From Acidobacteriota bacterium (lineage in GTDB: Bacteria; Actinomycetota; AC-67), in contig JACQXY010000010.1 in NCBI GenBank assembly GCA_016208485.1, positions 1,431-65,430 on the forward strand: a DNA stretch of 64,000 nucleotides, written 5' to 3'. Every line of letters starts with the position of its first letter. The first letter of the stretch is position 1. This document shows, one piece after another, positions 50,169 to 60,119 of this stretch. Below the pieces are notes generated by a model. The model was not told where the DNA came from. It saw only the letters and a program-made list of their open reading frames with translations, and made no database searches. A program made the position numbers and the translations under genes.

Positions 50169-51365
50169 ATGGGCGAGCTGGTCATTCGAGGGGCTCGGCT
50201 CCTGGACGGCCTCGGGTCGGCACCGGTCGAGGGCGCGACGCTCGTGGCAGAGGGCGGGACCATCCGCTTCGCGGGGCCCGGTCCCGCTGCCCCGCCCCCC
50301 TCGGCCGGCGCGGTTGTGCTCGATGCCGGCGGCCGGACGCTTCTTCCCGGGCTGATCGACTGCCACGTCCATCTCTGCCTCGACGGGGTCGCCGACTTCG
50401 TGCGCGAGGCGACCGAGCTGAACCTCGCTTCGGCGGCCCTCAAGGCCGCGCGCAACGCCCGGCTGGCGCTCGAGGCCGGGATCACGGCCGTCCGAGATCT
50501 CGGCGGTCACAAGCGGGCGGTGATCGAGGTCGCGCGGGCGCAGCGCGCCGGCACCGTCGAGGGACCGCGGATACTCACCGCGGCAGAGGTGCTCACGATC
50601 ACCGGAGGGCACGCGCACTTCATCGGTCGCGAGGTCGACACCGCCGACGAGCTGGTGAAGGCGGTGCGGGAGCTCGTGAAGGAGGGCGCCGACGTCATCA
50701 AGCTGATGGCGACCGGCGGGGTGCTGACCCCGGGGATCGGGGCTCTGCGGCCGGCGTTCACCACCGAGCAGATCGCCGCCGCGGTGCGGGAGGCCCACGA
50801 GGCGGGCCGGCGGGTCGCGGCGCACGCGATCGGAGCCGAGGGGATCGTCGCGGCATTGCGCGCCGGGGTCGACTCGGCCGAGCACGGCTGCTACCTGACC
50901 GATGAGGCTCTCGGGCTCCTCGTCTCCTCGGGCGCGCGCCTGGTGGCGACCCTGGTGGCCCCGGAGCGGATCGCCGGCGGCGGCGAGGGGATCCCGGACT
51001 ACGCCGTACGCAAGGCTCGGGAGGTCGCCGGCGCGCACCGCGAGTCGTTCCGGCGCGCGACGGAGGCCGGCGCGCGGATCGCGGCCGGCACCGACGCCGG
51101 GACGCCGTTCAACCCGCACGGCGGCCTCTGGCGCGAGCTGGCGCTCATGCACGATGCCGGCATGCCGCTCGACCGCGTGCTGCGCGCGGTGACGAGCGAG
51201 GCGGCCGACCTCCTGGGGCTCGCCGACGCCGGAGCGCTGGAGTCCGGGCGCGCGGCCGACGCCGTGCTCCTCGATGGGGATCCTCTGGCCGACGCCGGCG
51301 CCTACGGCCGGGTCGCGCTCGTGGTGCAGGCCGGCCGCGTGATTGTCGACCGGAGGGGGCCATGA
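50169..51365 (+). CDS. Metal-dependent amidohydrolase family protein
   Basis: LIDCHVHL metal-binding HxH motif, conserved His/Asp positions, 398 aa. Confidence 0.8.
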   Translation: MGELVIRGARLLDGLGSAPVEGATLVAEGGTIRFAGPGPAAPPPSAGAVVLDAGGRTLLPGLIDCHVHLCLDGVADFVREATELNLASAALKAARNARLALEAGITAVRDLGGHKRAVIEVARAQRAGTVEGPRILTAAEVLTITGGHAHFIGREVDTADELVKAVRELVKEGADVIKLMATGGVLTPGIGALRPAFTTEQIAAAVREAHEAGRRVAAHAIGAEGIVAALRAGVDSAEHGCYLTDEALGLLVSSGARLVATLVAPERIAGGGEGIPDYAVRKAREVAGAHRESFRRATEAGARIAAGTDAGTPFNPHGGLWRELALMHDAGMPLDRVLRAVTSEAADLLGLADAGALESGRAADAVLLDGDPLADAGAYGRVALVVQAGRVIVDRRGP

Positions 51366-52132
51366 GGCGCGTGAGGGCGCACGCGATCGAAATCGCCGTC
51401 GACGAGCTGGGGTCGGGCGAGCCGCCGTTCCTCGTCGTGCCGCAGTGGTTCCTGTCGTCGCGCTCGATGCGCGCGAGCGCGCTCGTCCGCCGGCTCGCCG
51501 AGCGCCACCGGGTCGTGCTGTACGACCGGCGCGGCACCGGCGCCTCCGACAAGCCCGGGCCCCCGTACACGACGTCCCGCGACTCGCGCGATCTCGGGGC
51601 GCTCGCGGAGTCCCTCGGACTGCGCGACCTGGTGGTCCTCGGCACGGGGGTTCGCGGCAGCCAGGTCGCGCTGCACTTCGCCGGGCACTTCCCCGAGCGC
51701 GTGCGCGCGATCGTCTGCATCGGCGGGACGCCGCGATGGGGGGGCGGTCCCGAATGGCCGTACGGCATCGGCGAGGACGCGTGGGCCCGCGCCTACGGCG
51801 AGCTGGAAGCGCGCGGCGACGACTCGCCGCCGCGGGGAGCCTCGCTCGCGATGCGCGAGGACTGGGCGGCGGCCGGCCGCGAGGCGGCGATGGACATGCT
51901 CCGGCACACGCGCGAGGAGGACCTCCGGCCCTTCCTCGCGCGGGTCACGTCCCCCACGCTCGTGGTGCACCTGGCCGGCGACCCGGTCGTCCCGTTCGAG
52001 GCGGCCCGGTGGCTCGCCGAGAGCCTCCCCTCCGGCACCCTCGAGGTCTTCGAGGCGCCGCGTGAGATCCCCCTGCACGTCCCGGAGGATCTGGTCGCCC
52101 ACGTCGAGGAGTTCCTCGCGAGCCTCGGGTAG
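51362..52132 (+). CDS. Alpha/beta-hydrolase fold protein
   Basis: HRVVLYDRRGTGASD motif and nucleophile-elbow-like GTGVRGS. Start overlaps the amidohydrolase stop (ATGA). Confidence 0.7.
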   Translation: MRRVRAHAIEIAVDELGSGEPPFLVVPQWFLSSRSMRASALVRRLAERHRVVLYDRRGTGASDKPGPPYTTSRDSRDLGALAESLGLRDLVVLGTGVRGSQVALHFAGHFPERVRAIVCIGGTPRWGGGPEWPYGIGEDAWARAYGELEARGDDSPPRGASLAMREDWAAAGREAAMDMLRHTREEDLRPFLARVTSPTLVVHLAGDPVVPFEAARWLAESLPSGTLEVFEAPREIPLHVPEDLVAHVEEFLASLG

Positions 52133-52246
52133 AGGTCCCGCCGACCCGGCACCGGATTTCCGCCCCCCCGATCCCGCAGGCTACGATCTCGCCGGCGGCG
52201 CCGCCCGTGCCGGGACCGGCGCGTCCGACGACGAGGAGGTGCCCAG

Positions 52247-53422
52247 ATGAGCGCGATCCAGATCCCCCAGGAGCTGCTCGAGCTGCGCGCGGCCATCCAC
52301 GACTTCTGCGAGCGCGAGATCCGTCCGGTCGAGGCGAGGTACGCGCAGGAGCTGAACGAGACCGGTGTGATCGCGAACGCCGAGGAGGAGCGCCGCAAGC
52401 TGCGCAAGAAGTCGGCCGCGCTCGGCTACTACAGCCTGCACATGCCGGAGGATCTGGGCGGCGGGGGGCTCTCGTACCTCGGCCAGGCCCTGGTACACGA
52501 GGAGGTTGCCCGGAGCGGGCTGCTGCTCGCGAGCCGCGGCGGCCTGCTCCCCTCCGTCGAGGGGCCGACGATCATCCTCGCCGACTGCACCCCCGATCAG
52601 CGCGCGCGTTTCCTCGATCCGCTCATGCGCGCGGAGAAGGAGATGTGCTTCGCCCTCACCGAGCCGGGAGCCGGCTCCGACGCCACCGCCATCTCGACGA
52701 AAGCCGAGCGCAGGAACGGCTCGTGGGTCGTCAACGGGAGCAAGCACTTCATCACGCACGGGGCCGAGGCGGACTTCGCCGTCGTCTACGCCGTGACGGA
52801 CCCGGCCAAGCGCGCGCGGGGCGGGATCACCGCGTTCTTCGTGGAGAAGGGGACGCCGGGGTTCGCGGTGAGCCGCCTCCAGCACACGGCCTCGACGGTC
52901 GATTGCCCGGCCGAGCTGACCTTCAGCGACTGCGCCGTCCCCGAGGAGAACGTCCTCGGTGAGGTCGGCAACGGCTTCTACTCGGCGATGCGCTGGATCA
53001 ACGGCGGCCGGATGAACGTGGCGACCTCCGCGCTCGGGATCGCCCAGCACCTGTTCGACCGGATGCTCGACTATGCGAAGACGCGAGTCGCGTTCGGCTC
53101 ACCGATCGGCAAGAACCAGTACATCCAGGGGTACATCGTGGATTCGTGGTGCGAGCTGGAGTCGGCGCGCGTGCTCGTCTACGAGATGGCCTCACGGATC
53201 GACGACGGGGCCGACGGGCGGCGTGAGGCGGCGGCGGCGAAGCTGGTCGCGACGGAGATGGTCGGGCGGGTCGCCGACCGCGCGATCCAAGTCTTCGGCG
53301 GGAACGGCTTCATGGTGGAGATGGGGATCGAGCGGTTCTGGCGGGAGGTGCGCGCGCAGCGCCTCTACGAGGGGACGAGCGAGATCCTGCGCAACAACAT
53401 CGCCAAGACGCTCGGGCTGTAG
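52247..53422 (+). CDS. Acyl-CoA dehydrogenase
   Basis: ACAD motifs CFALTEPGAGSDA and IQVFGGNGFMVEMGIERFWREVRAQRLYEGTSEI. Confidence 0.85.
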   Translation: MSAIQIPQELLELRAAIHDFCEREIRPVEARYAQELNETGVIANAEEERRKLRKKSAALGYYSLHMPEDLGGGGLSYLGQALVHEEVARSGLLLASRGGLLPSVEGPTIILADCTPDQRARFLDPLMRAEKEMCFALTEPGAGSDATAISTKAERRNGSWVVNGSKHFITHGAEADFAVVYAVTDPAKRARGGITAFFVEKGTPGFAVSRLQHTASTVDCPAELTFSDCAVPEENVLGEVGNGFYSAMRWINGGRMNVATSALGIAQHLFDRMLDYAKTRVAFGSPIGKNQYIQGYIVDSWCELESARVLVYEMASRIDDGADGRREAAAAKLVATEMVGRVADRAIQVFGGNGFMVEMGIERFWREVRAQRLYEGTSEILRNNIAKTLGL

Positions 53423-53427
53423 GCGCG

Positions 53428-54420
53428 ATGACCGAGCGCCTCGCTTGCTTCGTCACCCCCGGCCGGTCGCTCGCCGGCGCGACCGAGCGCGTCCGCCTCG
53501 CCGAGCAACTCGGATACGAGGCGGTGTTCACGACCCACATCGCCGGGCGCGACGCGCTGATGGTGCTCGCCGCCTACGCGTCCGGCACCTCCTCGATCAA
53601 GCTCGGCACCGGGGTGGTCCAGGCGCTCCCCCGCCACCCGATCGCGCTGGCGCAAGAGGCCGCGACGCTCGACGAGATCTCCGGCGGGCGGCTCATCCTC
53701 GGGATCGGGCCCTCGCACCGCGTGACGATGGAGACCTGGTTCGGGATCCCGATGGACCGGCCGTTCTCCCGGATGAAGGAGTACGTGCGGATCCTGCGCT
53801 CGGTGTTCCGGACCGACGGTGCCGAGTTCGACGGCGAGTTCTACAAGGCGCAGTTCGGCTTCCTCGGGTACGGCGCGCGCAAGGATCTGCCCGTCTATCT
53901 TGCGGCGCTCGCGCCGAACATGCTTCGGTTCGCCGGCGCCGAGTGCGACGGCGTGATCCTGTGGGGATGCATGCCCTCGTACATCCGCGAGGTCGTTGCT
54001 CCCACGGTGCGCGCGGCCGCGACGGAGGCCGGGCGGGACCCCGCCTCGGTCGAGATCGTCGCGGGGATCCCGGCCGCCGTGACGGGGAACCCGGCCGCGG
54101 CGAGGGAGTCCTTCCGCGGTGAGTTCTTCCCCTACATGACCCTGCCCTTCTACCGGCGGGTGATCCGCGGCGCGGGATTCGCCGGTGAGGTGGACGCCTT
54201 CGACCGCGCGAGCGCCGGCGACGACTTCGCGGGCGCTCTCGCCGCGATCAGCGACCGGATGCTCGGGCACTTCGCCGCGATCGGGACCCCCGAGGAGGTG
54301 CGCGCGAAGATCGCGGAGTACCGGGAGGCGGGCGTCACTCTCCCGGCCGTCGCCCCGTTTTCGACCGGCGAGGGCGAGGCCGGGTCCGACGCGACCCTTC
54401 GGGCCGCGATCGGAGCGTAG
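53428..54420 (+). CDS. Luciferase-like monooxygenase (LLM) class flavin/F420-dependent oxidoreductase
   Basis: LLM fold signatures (LGTGVVQALPRHPIALAQEAATLDEISGGRLILGIG). 330 aa. Confidence 0.8.
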   Translation: MTERLACFVTPGRSLAGATERVRLAEQLGYEAVFTTHIAGRDALMVLAAYASGTSSIKLGTGVVQALPRHPIALAQEAATLDEISGGRLILGIGPSHRVTMETWFGIPMDRPFSRMKEYVRILRSVFRTDGAEFDGEFYKAQFGFLGYGARKDLPVYLAALAPNMLRFAGAECDGVILWGCMPSYIREVVAPTVRAAATEAGRDPASVEIVAGIPAAVTGNPAAARESFRGEFFPYMTLPFYRRVIRGAGFAGEVDAFDRASAGDDFAGALAAISDRMLGHFAAIGTPEEVRAKIAEYREAGVTLPAVAPFSTGEGEAGSDATLRAAIGA

Positions 54421-54454
54421 CGCGCGCGATCGACCTCTCGAGCCCGTGGCGCGG

Positions 54455-55660
54455 CTACTCGGAGAGCAACCCGCGCGCCGCCGCCTGCGCCTCGGCGAAG
54501 ATCTCCTTGAGAGGCCGGCCGGTCGCGCGCGCGACCTCCGCGCAGTCGGCGAACTCCGGAGCGGCGCCGCTGGCGCGGCCTGCGGCGTCCCTCGAGACCT
54601 TCACCCGGACCGGGTGCCCGGCGACCTCCACGCGCGCCGTCTCACGCGGCAGCGTCCACTTCTCGACCAAGCGGCGCCGGACCCCGAGGGTGGTCGTCTC
54701 CGCGAAGAGGACGTCGCGGAGCGCTCGCTCGGCGCCCTGGTCGCAGAGTACCGAGAGCGTGACGGCCGGCCGGCTCTTCTTCATCACGACCGGCGTGATC
54801 CACGCGTCCTGGGCGCCGGCCGCGAAAAGCCGCTCGAGCACGTACTCGTACAGCTCGGGGTTCATGTCGTCGATGTTCGTCTCCAGCACCAGCGCCGGGA
54901 GCGGCCCGTAGGCGTCCTCGACGCCGGCCGGCTCGCCGACGATGAGCCGGAGCACGTTGGGGATCTCCAGCTCGCGGCTCCCGGCGCCGTAGCCGACCGC
55001 CGCGACGCGCATCGGAGGAAGCTCGCCGTAGGCGCGCGCGGTCGCCGCGAGGATCGCCGCGCCGGTCGGGGTGACCAGCTCGCTCGGGATGCCGCGCGAG
55101 TACAGCGGCGCCCCTTTCAGCAGCTCGACGACGGCCGGGCCTGGGATCGGCAGGATCCCGTGCTCCGTTCGAGTCATGCCCATCCCGGTCGCCACCGCGG
55201 AGGCGTGGACGCGCTCGATCCCGAGGTGGTCGAGCCCGATCGCCGCGCCCACGATGTCCACGATGGTGTCCACGTTGCCGAGCTCGTGGAAGACCACGTG
55301 CTCGACGTCCTTGCGATGGACCTTCGCCTCGGCCTCCGCGAGGCGCCGGAAGGCGTCGAGGGCGACCTGCCGCGCGCGGGGCGGCAGATCGCCCTCCTCG
55401 ATGAGCGCGCGCACGCTCGAGTAGGTGCGCAGGACGCCGCCCTCGGCAGCGCGCACGCGCACGTGCGTCGCCGCGAGCCCCTGGCGCTCCACGTGGGTGA
55501 CGTCCAGCTCGAACGGCTCGAGAGGGATCTTGCGGAGCGGATCGGCGATCTCGTCGAGCGGTACCCCGGCGTCGATGAGCGCTCCGAGCACCATGTCGCC
55601 GGAGATACCCGCGAAGCAGTCGAAGTATGCAATGCGGCCGGCCGGGCGGGGGTCGGTCAC
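54455..55660 (-). CDS. larC: LarC (DUF111) nickel-pincer cofactor nickel-insertion protein
   Basis: N-terminal IAYFDCFAGISGDM signature. GTG start overlaps the larB stop (GTGA). Confidence 0.75.
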   Translation of the reverse strand: MTDPRPAGRIAYFDCFAGISGDMVLGALIDAGVPLDEIADPLRKIPLEPFELDVTHVERQGLAATHVRVRAAEGGVLRTYSSVRALIEEGDLPPRARQVALDAFRRLAEAEAKVHRKDVEHVVFHELGNVDTIVDIVGAAIGLDHLGIERVHASAVATGMGMTRTEHGILPIPGPAVVELLKGAPLYSRGIPSELVTPTGAAILAATARAYGELPPMRVAAVGYGAGSRELEIPNVLRLIVGEPAGVEDAYGPLPALVLETNIDDMNPELYEYVLERLFAAGAQDAWITPVVMKKSRPAVTLSVLCDQGAERALRDVLFAETTTLGVRRRLVEKWTLPRETARVEVAGHPVRVKVSRDAAGRASGAAPEFADCAEVARATGRPLKEIFAEAQAAARGLLSE

Positions 55661-56433
55661 GACGGCTCCCCCAGGATGCGCGCGGCGATCGCCGCGGCTC
55701 CGAAACCGTTGTCGATGTTCGCCACAGCGACTCCCGGCGCGCAAGAGTTGAGCATCGTGAGCAGCGCGGCGAGCCCGCCGAAGGAGGCGCCGTAGCCGAC
55801 GCTCGTCGGTACCGCGACGACCGGCGCGCCCACGAGCCCGGCGATCGCCGAGGGCAGCGCCCCGTCCATCCCGGCGACCACGATCACGACGTCGACGCCC
55901 GCGAGGAGGTCCTCGACGGCGAGCAGCCGGTGCACCCCGGCCACGCCGACGTCGGCGACCCGCTCGACCTTCGCGCCGAGCGCCTCCGCGGCGAAGGCGG
56001 CCTCGTCGGCGACCGGCAGATCGGAGGTCCCGGCCGTCACGACCGCCACCCGCCCGGTGGGCGCCCCCCCGGCGCTCCGGAGCACGATCAGGCCGGCGGG
56101 CTCGTGGAAGGTCGCCTCCGGGGCGAGATCCCGCACGGCCTCGAAGTGCTCGGGGCCGGCCTTGGTCGCGAGCACGGCGCCGCCGGAAGACCCCAGCATC
56201 GCGCGCGCGATCTCGCGGAGCTGGCCGGGGGTCTTCGAGCGGGCGTAGATGGCTTCCGGGAGGCCGGTCCGGAGCGGCCGGTGAGTGTCGATGCGCGCAT
56301 ACCCGAGATCAACGACCGGCAACCGCGCGAGCCGCCGGGCGGCCTCCGCCGGGGCGACCTCGCCCCCGGCGACGGCCTCGAGGAGGGCGTCTAGCGCGGG
56401 TCGGTCCACGGCGCCTATCGTATACTCGCGCAC
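55657..56433 (-). CDS. larB: LarB (PurE-like) pyridinium-3,5-biscarboxylic acid mononucleotide synthase
   Basis: PurE-like fold with VAVVTAGTSDLPVADEAA and VVIVVAGMDGALPS. Lies directly upstream of larC. Confidence 0.8.
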   Translation of the reverse strand: MREYTIGAVDRPALDALLEAVAGGEVAPAEAARRLARLPVVDLGYARIDTHRPLRTGLPEAIYARSKTPGQLREIARAMLGSSGGAVLATKAGPEHFEAVRDLAPEATFHEPAGLIVLRSAGGAPTGRVAVVTAGTSDLPVADEAAFAAEALGAKVERVADVGVAGVHRLLAVEDLLAGVDVVIVVAGMDGALPSAIAGLVGAPVVAVPTSVGYGASFGGLAALLTMLNSCAPGVAVANIDNGFGAAAIAARILGEPS

Positions 56434-56464
56434 TCCGCGGGGGGCCGCGGCCGCGCGGAGCCCA

Positions 56465-56959
56465 ATGTCTCTGAGCCCGGACTCGACTTCCGCCCTCGCC
56501 CTGGTCGGGGTGGGGCTCGCCGTCGTCGCCGTGGCCGTGGCGGCGATGCTCGCCCTTCGGTTCGCGCGCCTGCAACGCGCGTACGCCGTGCTTCAAGGGG
56601 GCTCCGGCCACGAGGACTTCGTCACCGCCGTCGGGCGTCACGTCGAGGCGGCGAGGACCCTGGAGGAGCAGGTGGACGGGCTGCGCGGAGCCACCGAGTC
56701 GCTCGCCCGGGCGCTCGATCGGGCGGTCCAGCGCGTCGGCCTGGTACGCTTCGATGCCTTCGAGGACATGGGAGGGCACCTGTCTTTCTCCGCCGCCCTG
56801 CTCGACGGAAAGGGCGACGGGCTCGTGCTGACGACGATCAGCGGGCGATCGGACAGCCGCTTCTACGCGAAGCCGGTCGAGGGAGGGGTCAGCCGGTACA
56901 ACCTTTCCGAGGAGGAGCGCGAGGCCATTCGCAGGGCTCTCGCCGCTCCGCGGGGGTGA
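56465..56959 (+). CDS. DUF4446-family protein with an N-terminal TM helix
   Basis: TM ALALVGVGLAVVAVAVAAMLAL followed by VGLVRFDAFEDMGGHLSFSAALLD. Start refined to the internal ATG at 56465. Confidence 0.55.
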   Translation: MSLSPDSTSALALVGVGLAVVAVAVAAMLALRFARLQRAYAVLQGGSGHEDFVTAVGRHVEAARTLEEQVDGLRGATESLARALDRAVQRVGLVRFDAFEDMGGHLSFSAALLDGKGDGLVLTTISGRSDSRFYAKPVEGGVSRYNLSEEEREAIRRALAAPRG

Positions 56960-57447
56960 TGATGGTGGCATGGGGAAAGCGCAGCGAGCAGGAGGACGGC
57001 CGCGGGGCGGCCGAGGTTCCGGCGCCGGAGCCGGACCGCACGGGATTCCGACCAGGTGAGGTGAGGAGCGTGCCGGATCGTGACGCGGAGGTGACGGTGA
57101 TCGGCCCGGGAGCGCGGCTCGAGGGGCTTCTGGTCTCGGGAGGGACGCTCCGGATCGAGGGCGAGGTGAAGGGCGAGGTGCGGGCGGAGGGCGGCGTCCT
57201 CATCGCCCCGTCGGCGAAGGTCGAGGCCGAGGTTCGCGCTCAGAGCCTTCGCGTCGAGGGCCGCTACGTCGGCAACGCCGAGGTCTCCTCTCTCGCCGAG
57301 CTGGGAGCGACCGCGCAGGTCCAGGGCAATCTCACGTGTGGTGCGCTCGTCGTGGCCGAGGGCGCGGTTTTCAACGGCCAGACGGCGATGAGCGCCGGCG
57401 CGCCGGTTATCGCGCTCCCGGAGATGGGATCGGCCGAACAAGGGTGA
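56956..57447 (+). CDS. Bactofilin-family cytoskeletal protein
   Basis: Repetitive beta-helical pattern (LRIEGEVKGEVRAEGGVLIAPSAKVEAEVRAQSLRVEGRYVGNAEV). Confidence 0.7.
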   Translation: MMMVAWGKRSEQEDGRGAAEVPAPEPDRTGFRPGEVRSVPDRDAEVTVIGPGARLEGLLVSGGTLRIEGEVKGEVRAEGGVLIAPSAKVEAEVRAQSLRVEGRYVGNAEVSSLAELGATAQVQGNLTCGALVVAEGAVFNGQTAMSAGAPVIALPEMGSAEQG

Positions 57448-57454
57448 GCGCCGC

Positions 57455-58300
57455 GTGAGGCTCGCCTATCTCGGTCCCCCCGGGACGTTCACCGAGGAGG
57501 CGCTCCTGTGCGCGCCGGAGGCCGCTGGCGCGGAGCTGGCGCCGCTCTCGACGGTGCCCGATGTGATCGCTTCGGTCGCGAGCGGCGACGCGTGGGCCGG
57601 CATGGTTCCGATCGAGAACTCGATCGAGGGCTCGGTCAACGTGACCCTCGACACGCTCGCGTTCGACTCCGAGGGAGTCTGGATCGTCCGCGAGGTTGTG
57701 CGCCCGATCCGGCACGCCCTCCTCGCGCGCCGGGGGCTCCGGGCGTCCGACCTCACGGCGGTCGTCTCGCATCCGCACGCCACGGCGCAGTGCCGAGGGT
57801 TCCTCGCGCGGGTCCTGCCGCGCGCGGAGGTGCGCGCCGCCAACTCCACGTCGGAGGCGGCGCGCGAGGTCGCGTCGCGCCCGGAGCCCTGGGGCGCGAT
57901 CGGCGCGCGGCTCGCCGCCGAGCTGTACGGCTTGGAGGTTCTCGTCGCCGACATCGAGGACCGGCGCGAGAACACCTCGCGCTTCGTGCTCGTCGCGCGC
58001 GATCGCCCGGCGCCTACCGGCTCGGACAAGACCTCGGTCGTGTGCTTCATCGAGAAGGACCGGCCGGGGTCGCTGCTCGCGATCCTGCACGAGTTCGGCG
58101 ACCGGGGGATCAACCTCACCAAGCTCGAGTCGCGCCCGACTAAGGAGCGCCTCGGCGAGTACTGCTTCTTCATCGACATGGAGGGCCACGCCGAGGAGCC
58201 GCCGGTGCGCCACGCGATCGAGTCGCTGCGCACCAAGATCCTCGACGTGAAGATCCTCGGGTCCTATCCGCGCGCGCCGATCTCCGGGTCCGAGGAGTGA
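57455..58300 (+). CDS. pheA: Prephenate dehydratase with a C-terminal ACT domain
   Basis: PDT signatures (TRFVLV, ESRPT) and ACT region SLLAILHEFGDRGINLTKLESRP. Confidence 0.85.
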   Translation: MRLAYLGPPGTFTEEALLCAPEAAGAELAPLSTVPDVIASVASGDAWAGMVPIENSIEGSVNVTLDTLAFDSEGVWIVREVVRPIRHALLARRGLRASDLTAVVSHPHATAQCRGFLARVLPRAEVRAANSTSEAAREVASRPEPWGAIGARLAAELYGLEVLVADIEDRRENTSRFVLVARDRPAPTGSDKTSVVCFIEKDRPGSLLAILHEFGDRGINLTKLESRPTKERLGEYCFFIDMEGHAEEPPVRHAIESLRTKILDVKILGSYPRAPISGSEE

Positions 58301-59559
58301 TGCTCGACCTCAAGCTGATCCGCCAAGACCCGGAGGGGGTGCGCGCGGCCGTGCGACGCCGCGGATCCGAGCTTCCGGTCGAGGAGGTCCTCGGCCTGGA
58401 CCGGCGCCGGCGTGAGGCTCAGGCCCGCCTGGACGAGCTGCGGGCAGAGCAGAAGCGCGCGAGCAAGGAGGTCCCACGCTTGGAGGGGGAGGAGCGCTCG
58501 GCGGCGCTCGGGCGGCTGAAGGACTTGTCCGACGAGATCTCCGCGCTCGAAGGCGAGCAGGAGAGGCTCGCCGCGGGCCTGCGCGAGTTGCTCCTCGCGA
58601 TCCCGAACGTCCCGCACTCGAGCGTTCCCGAGGGGCTGACCGAGGACCACAACGTCGTGGTTCGGACCTGGGGCGAGCCCGCCGCGATCGAGGGCGAGGC
58701 CCGCGACCACTTGGACATCGGCGCGGCGCTCGATCTGATCGACGTTGAGCGCGCCGCGCGGGCGTCCGGGTCCAGGTTCGGGTACCTGAAGCGCGAGGCG
58801 GCGCTGCTCGAGTTCGCGCTCGTGCGGTTCGTCCTCGACCGGCTCGGACGGCACGGGTTCGTGCCGGTGGTGCCTCCGGCGCTCGTGCGCCGCGAGATCC
58901 TCGAGGGGACCGGAGCGCTGATGGCGGGGGAGCAGCAGATCTACCGCACGGCCGACGACGACCTGTACCTGATCGGGACCTCCGAGGTCGCGCTCGCCGC
59001 GCTGCACGCCGGCGAGGTCCTCGACGCGGCGGCGCTCCCCGTGCGCTACGCGGGATTTTCGACCTGCTTCCGGCGCGAGGCCGGGACCCACGGGAAGGAC
59101 ACGCGCGGCATCTTCCGCGTGCACCAGTTCGACAAGGTCGAGATGTTCTCCTACTGCCACCCGGATGGCTCGTGGGAAGAGCACGAGCTGATGCTCGCGC
59201 GCGAGGAGGAGATCCTGCAGGCGCTCGAGATCCCCTATCGGGTGGTCGCGCTCTGCGCGGGCGACCTGTACGGGCCTTCGGCGAAGTCCTACGACTTGGA
59301 GGCGTGGTTCCCGGGGCAGGGACGTTACCGTGAGACGACCTCGTGCTCGAACTGCACCGACTACCAGGCGCGCCGGCTGAACGTGCGGTTCCGCGGCGAG
59401 GGCGGTGCTCGCCTGGTCCACATGCTGAACGGCACCGCGGTCGCCGTCGGGCGCACGCTCGCGGCGATCCTCGAGAACCACCAGCGCGCGGACGGGAGCG
59501 TCTCGGTGCCCGAAGCGCTCCGGCCGTACGCGGGCTTCGACCGCATCGGCCCGCGCTGA
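58297..59559 (+). CDS. serS: Seryl-tRNA synthetase
   Basis: N-terminal coiled-coil tRNA-binding arm and class II motifs (FRREAGTHGKDTRGIFRVHQFDKVEMF, GRTLAAILENHQ). Confidence 0.9.
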   Translation: MMLDLKLIRQDPEGVRAAVRRRGSELPVEEVLGLDRRRREAQARLDELRAEQKRASKEVPRLEGEERSAALGRLKDLSDEISALEGEQERLAAGLRELLLAIPNVPHSSVPEGLTEDHNVVVRTWGEPAAIEGEARDHLDIGAALDLIDVERAARASGSRFGYLKREAALLEFALVRFVLDRLGRHGFVPVVPPALVRREILEGTGALMAGEQQIYRTADDDLYLIGTSEVALAALHAGEVLDAAALPVRYAGFSTCFRREAGTHGKDTRGIFRVHQFDKVEMFSYCHPDGSWEEHELMLAREEEILQALEIPYRVVALCAGDLYGPSAKSYDLEAWFPGQGRYRETTSCSNCTDYQARRLNVRFRGEGGARLVHMLNGTAVAVGRTLAAILENHQRADGSVSVPEALRPYAGFDRIGPR

Positions 59560-59569
59560 GGCTTCCGGT

Positions 59570-59629
<60 letters not shown>

Positions 59630-59734
59630 ACACGCGCTCCGGGGCGCATTCAGATCTGAATACGCAATTCAGCCCTGAATCGAGGCACGAGGGGGCATGA
59701 CCCCGGCGAGCGGAGGGCGCGCTACCCTTTGGAC

Positions 59735-59824
59735 GGAGGGCTAGGCTAACTGGACAAGCCAGCGGCCTTGAAAACCGCCACGCCGGCTAACACCGGCATC
59801 GGGGTTCGAGTCCCCGGCCCTCCG
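59735..59824 (+). tRNA. tRNA-Ser (anticodon UGA)
   Basis: Manual fold: acceptor GGAGGGC/GCCCTCC; anticodon loop CTTGAAA (U33, anticodon TGA, A37); long Ser-type variable arm GCCGG-CTAACA-CCGGC; T-arm CGGGG-TTCGAGT-CCCCG. Confidence 0.75.
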
Positions 59825-59876
59825 CGCGGCACCGTCTGGCGCGGAGCCCTAGTACACCCCGCGCGCATGCGCTAAT

Positions 59877-60119
59877 GTGCAGCGCATGAAGACCAGGATG
59901 ATCCAGATCCGCAACGTCCCCGAGCCGGTCCACCGGACGCTCAAGGTGCGAGCCGCGCAGGAGGGCCTTTCTCTGTCCGACTACCTGCTGAGAGAGATCG
60001 CGACGGTCGCGCGTCGCCCCACCCTGGACGAACTCGTCGCCGCCATGCAGGCCGATGGTTCCGTGACTCCATCGGAGAGCTCGGCGGAGGCGGTTCGTGC
60101 AGAGCGCCGCGCTCGATGA
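59877..60119 (+). CDS. vapB: VapB/FitA-like ribbon-helix-helix antitoxin
   Basis: 80-aa protein (MIQIRNVPEPVHRTLKVRAAQEGLSLSDYLLREI). Its stop overlaps the PIN gene start. Confidence 0.65.
   Translation: MQRMKTRMIQIRNVPEPVHRTLKVRAAQEGLSLSDYLLREIATVARRPTLDELVAAMQADGSVTPSESSAEAVRAERRAR

Noticed and set aside
59735-59824. tRNA-Sec interpretation of the long-variable-arm tRNA
   Set aside because: The anticodon loop reads CTTGAAA, giving UGA (Ser) rather than UCA (Sec). The acceptor and T-stem lengths fit a normal tRNA.
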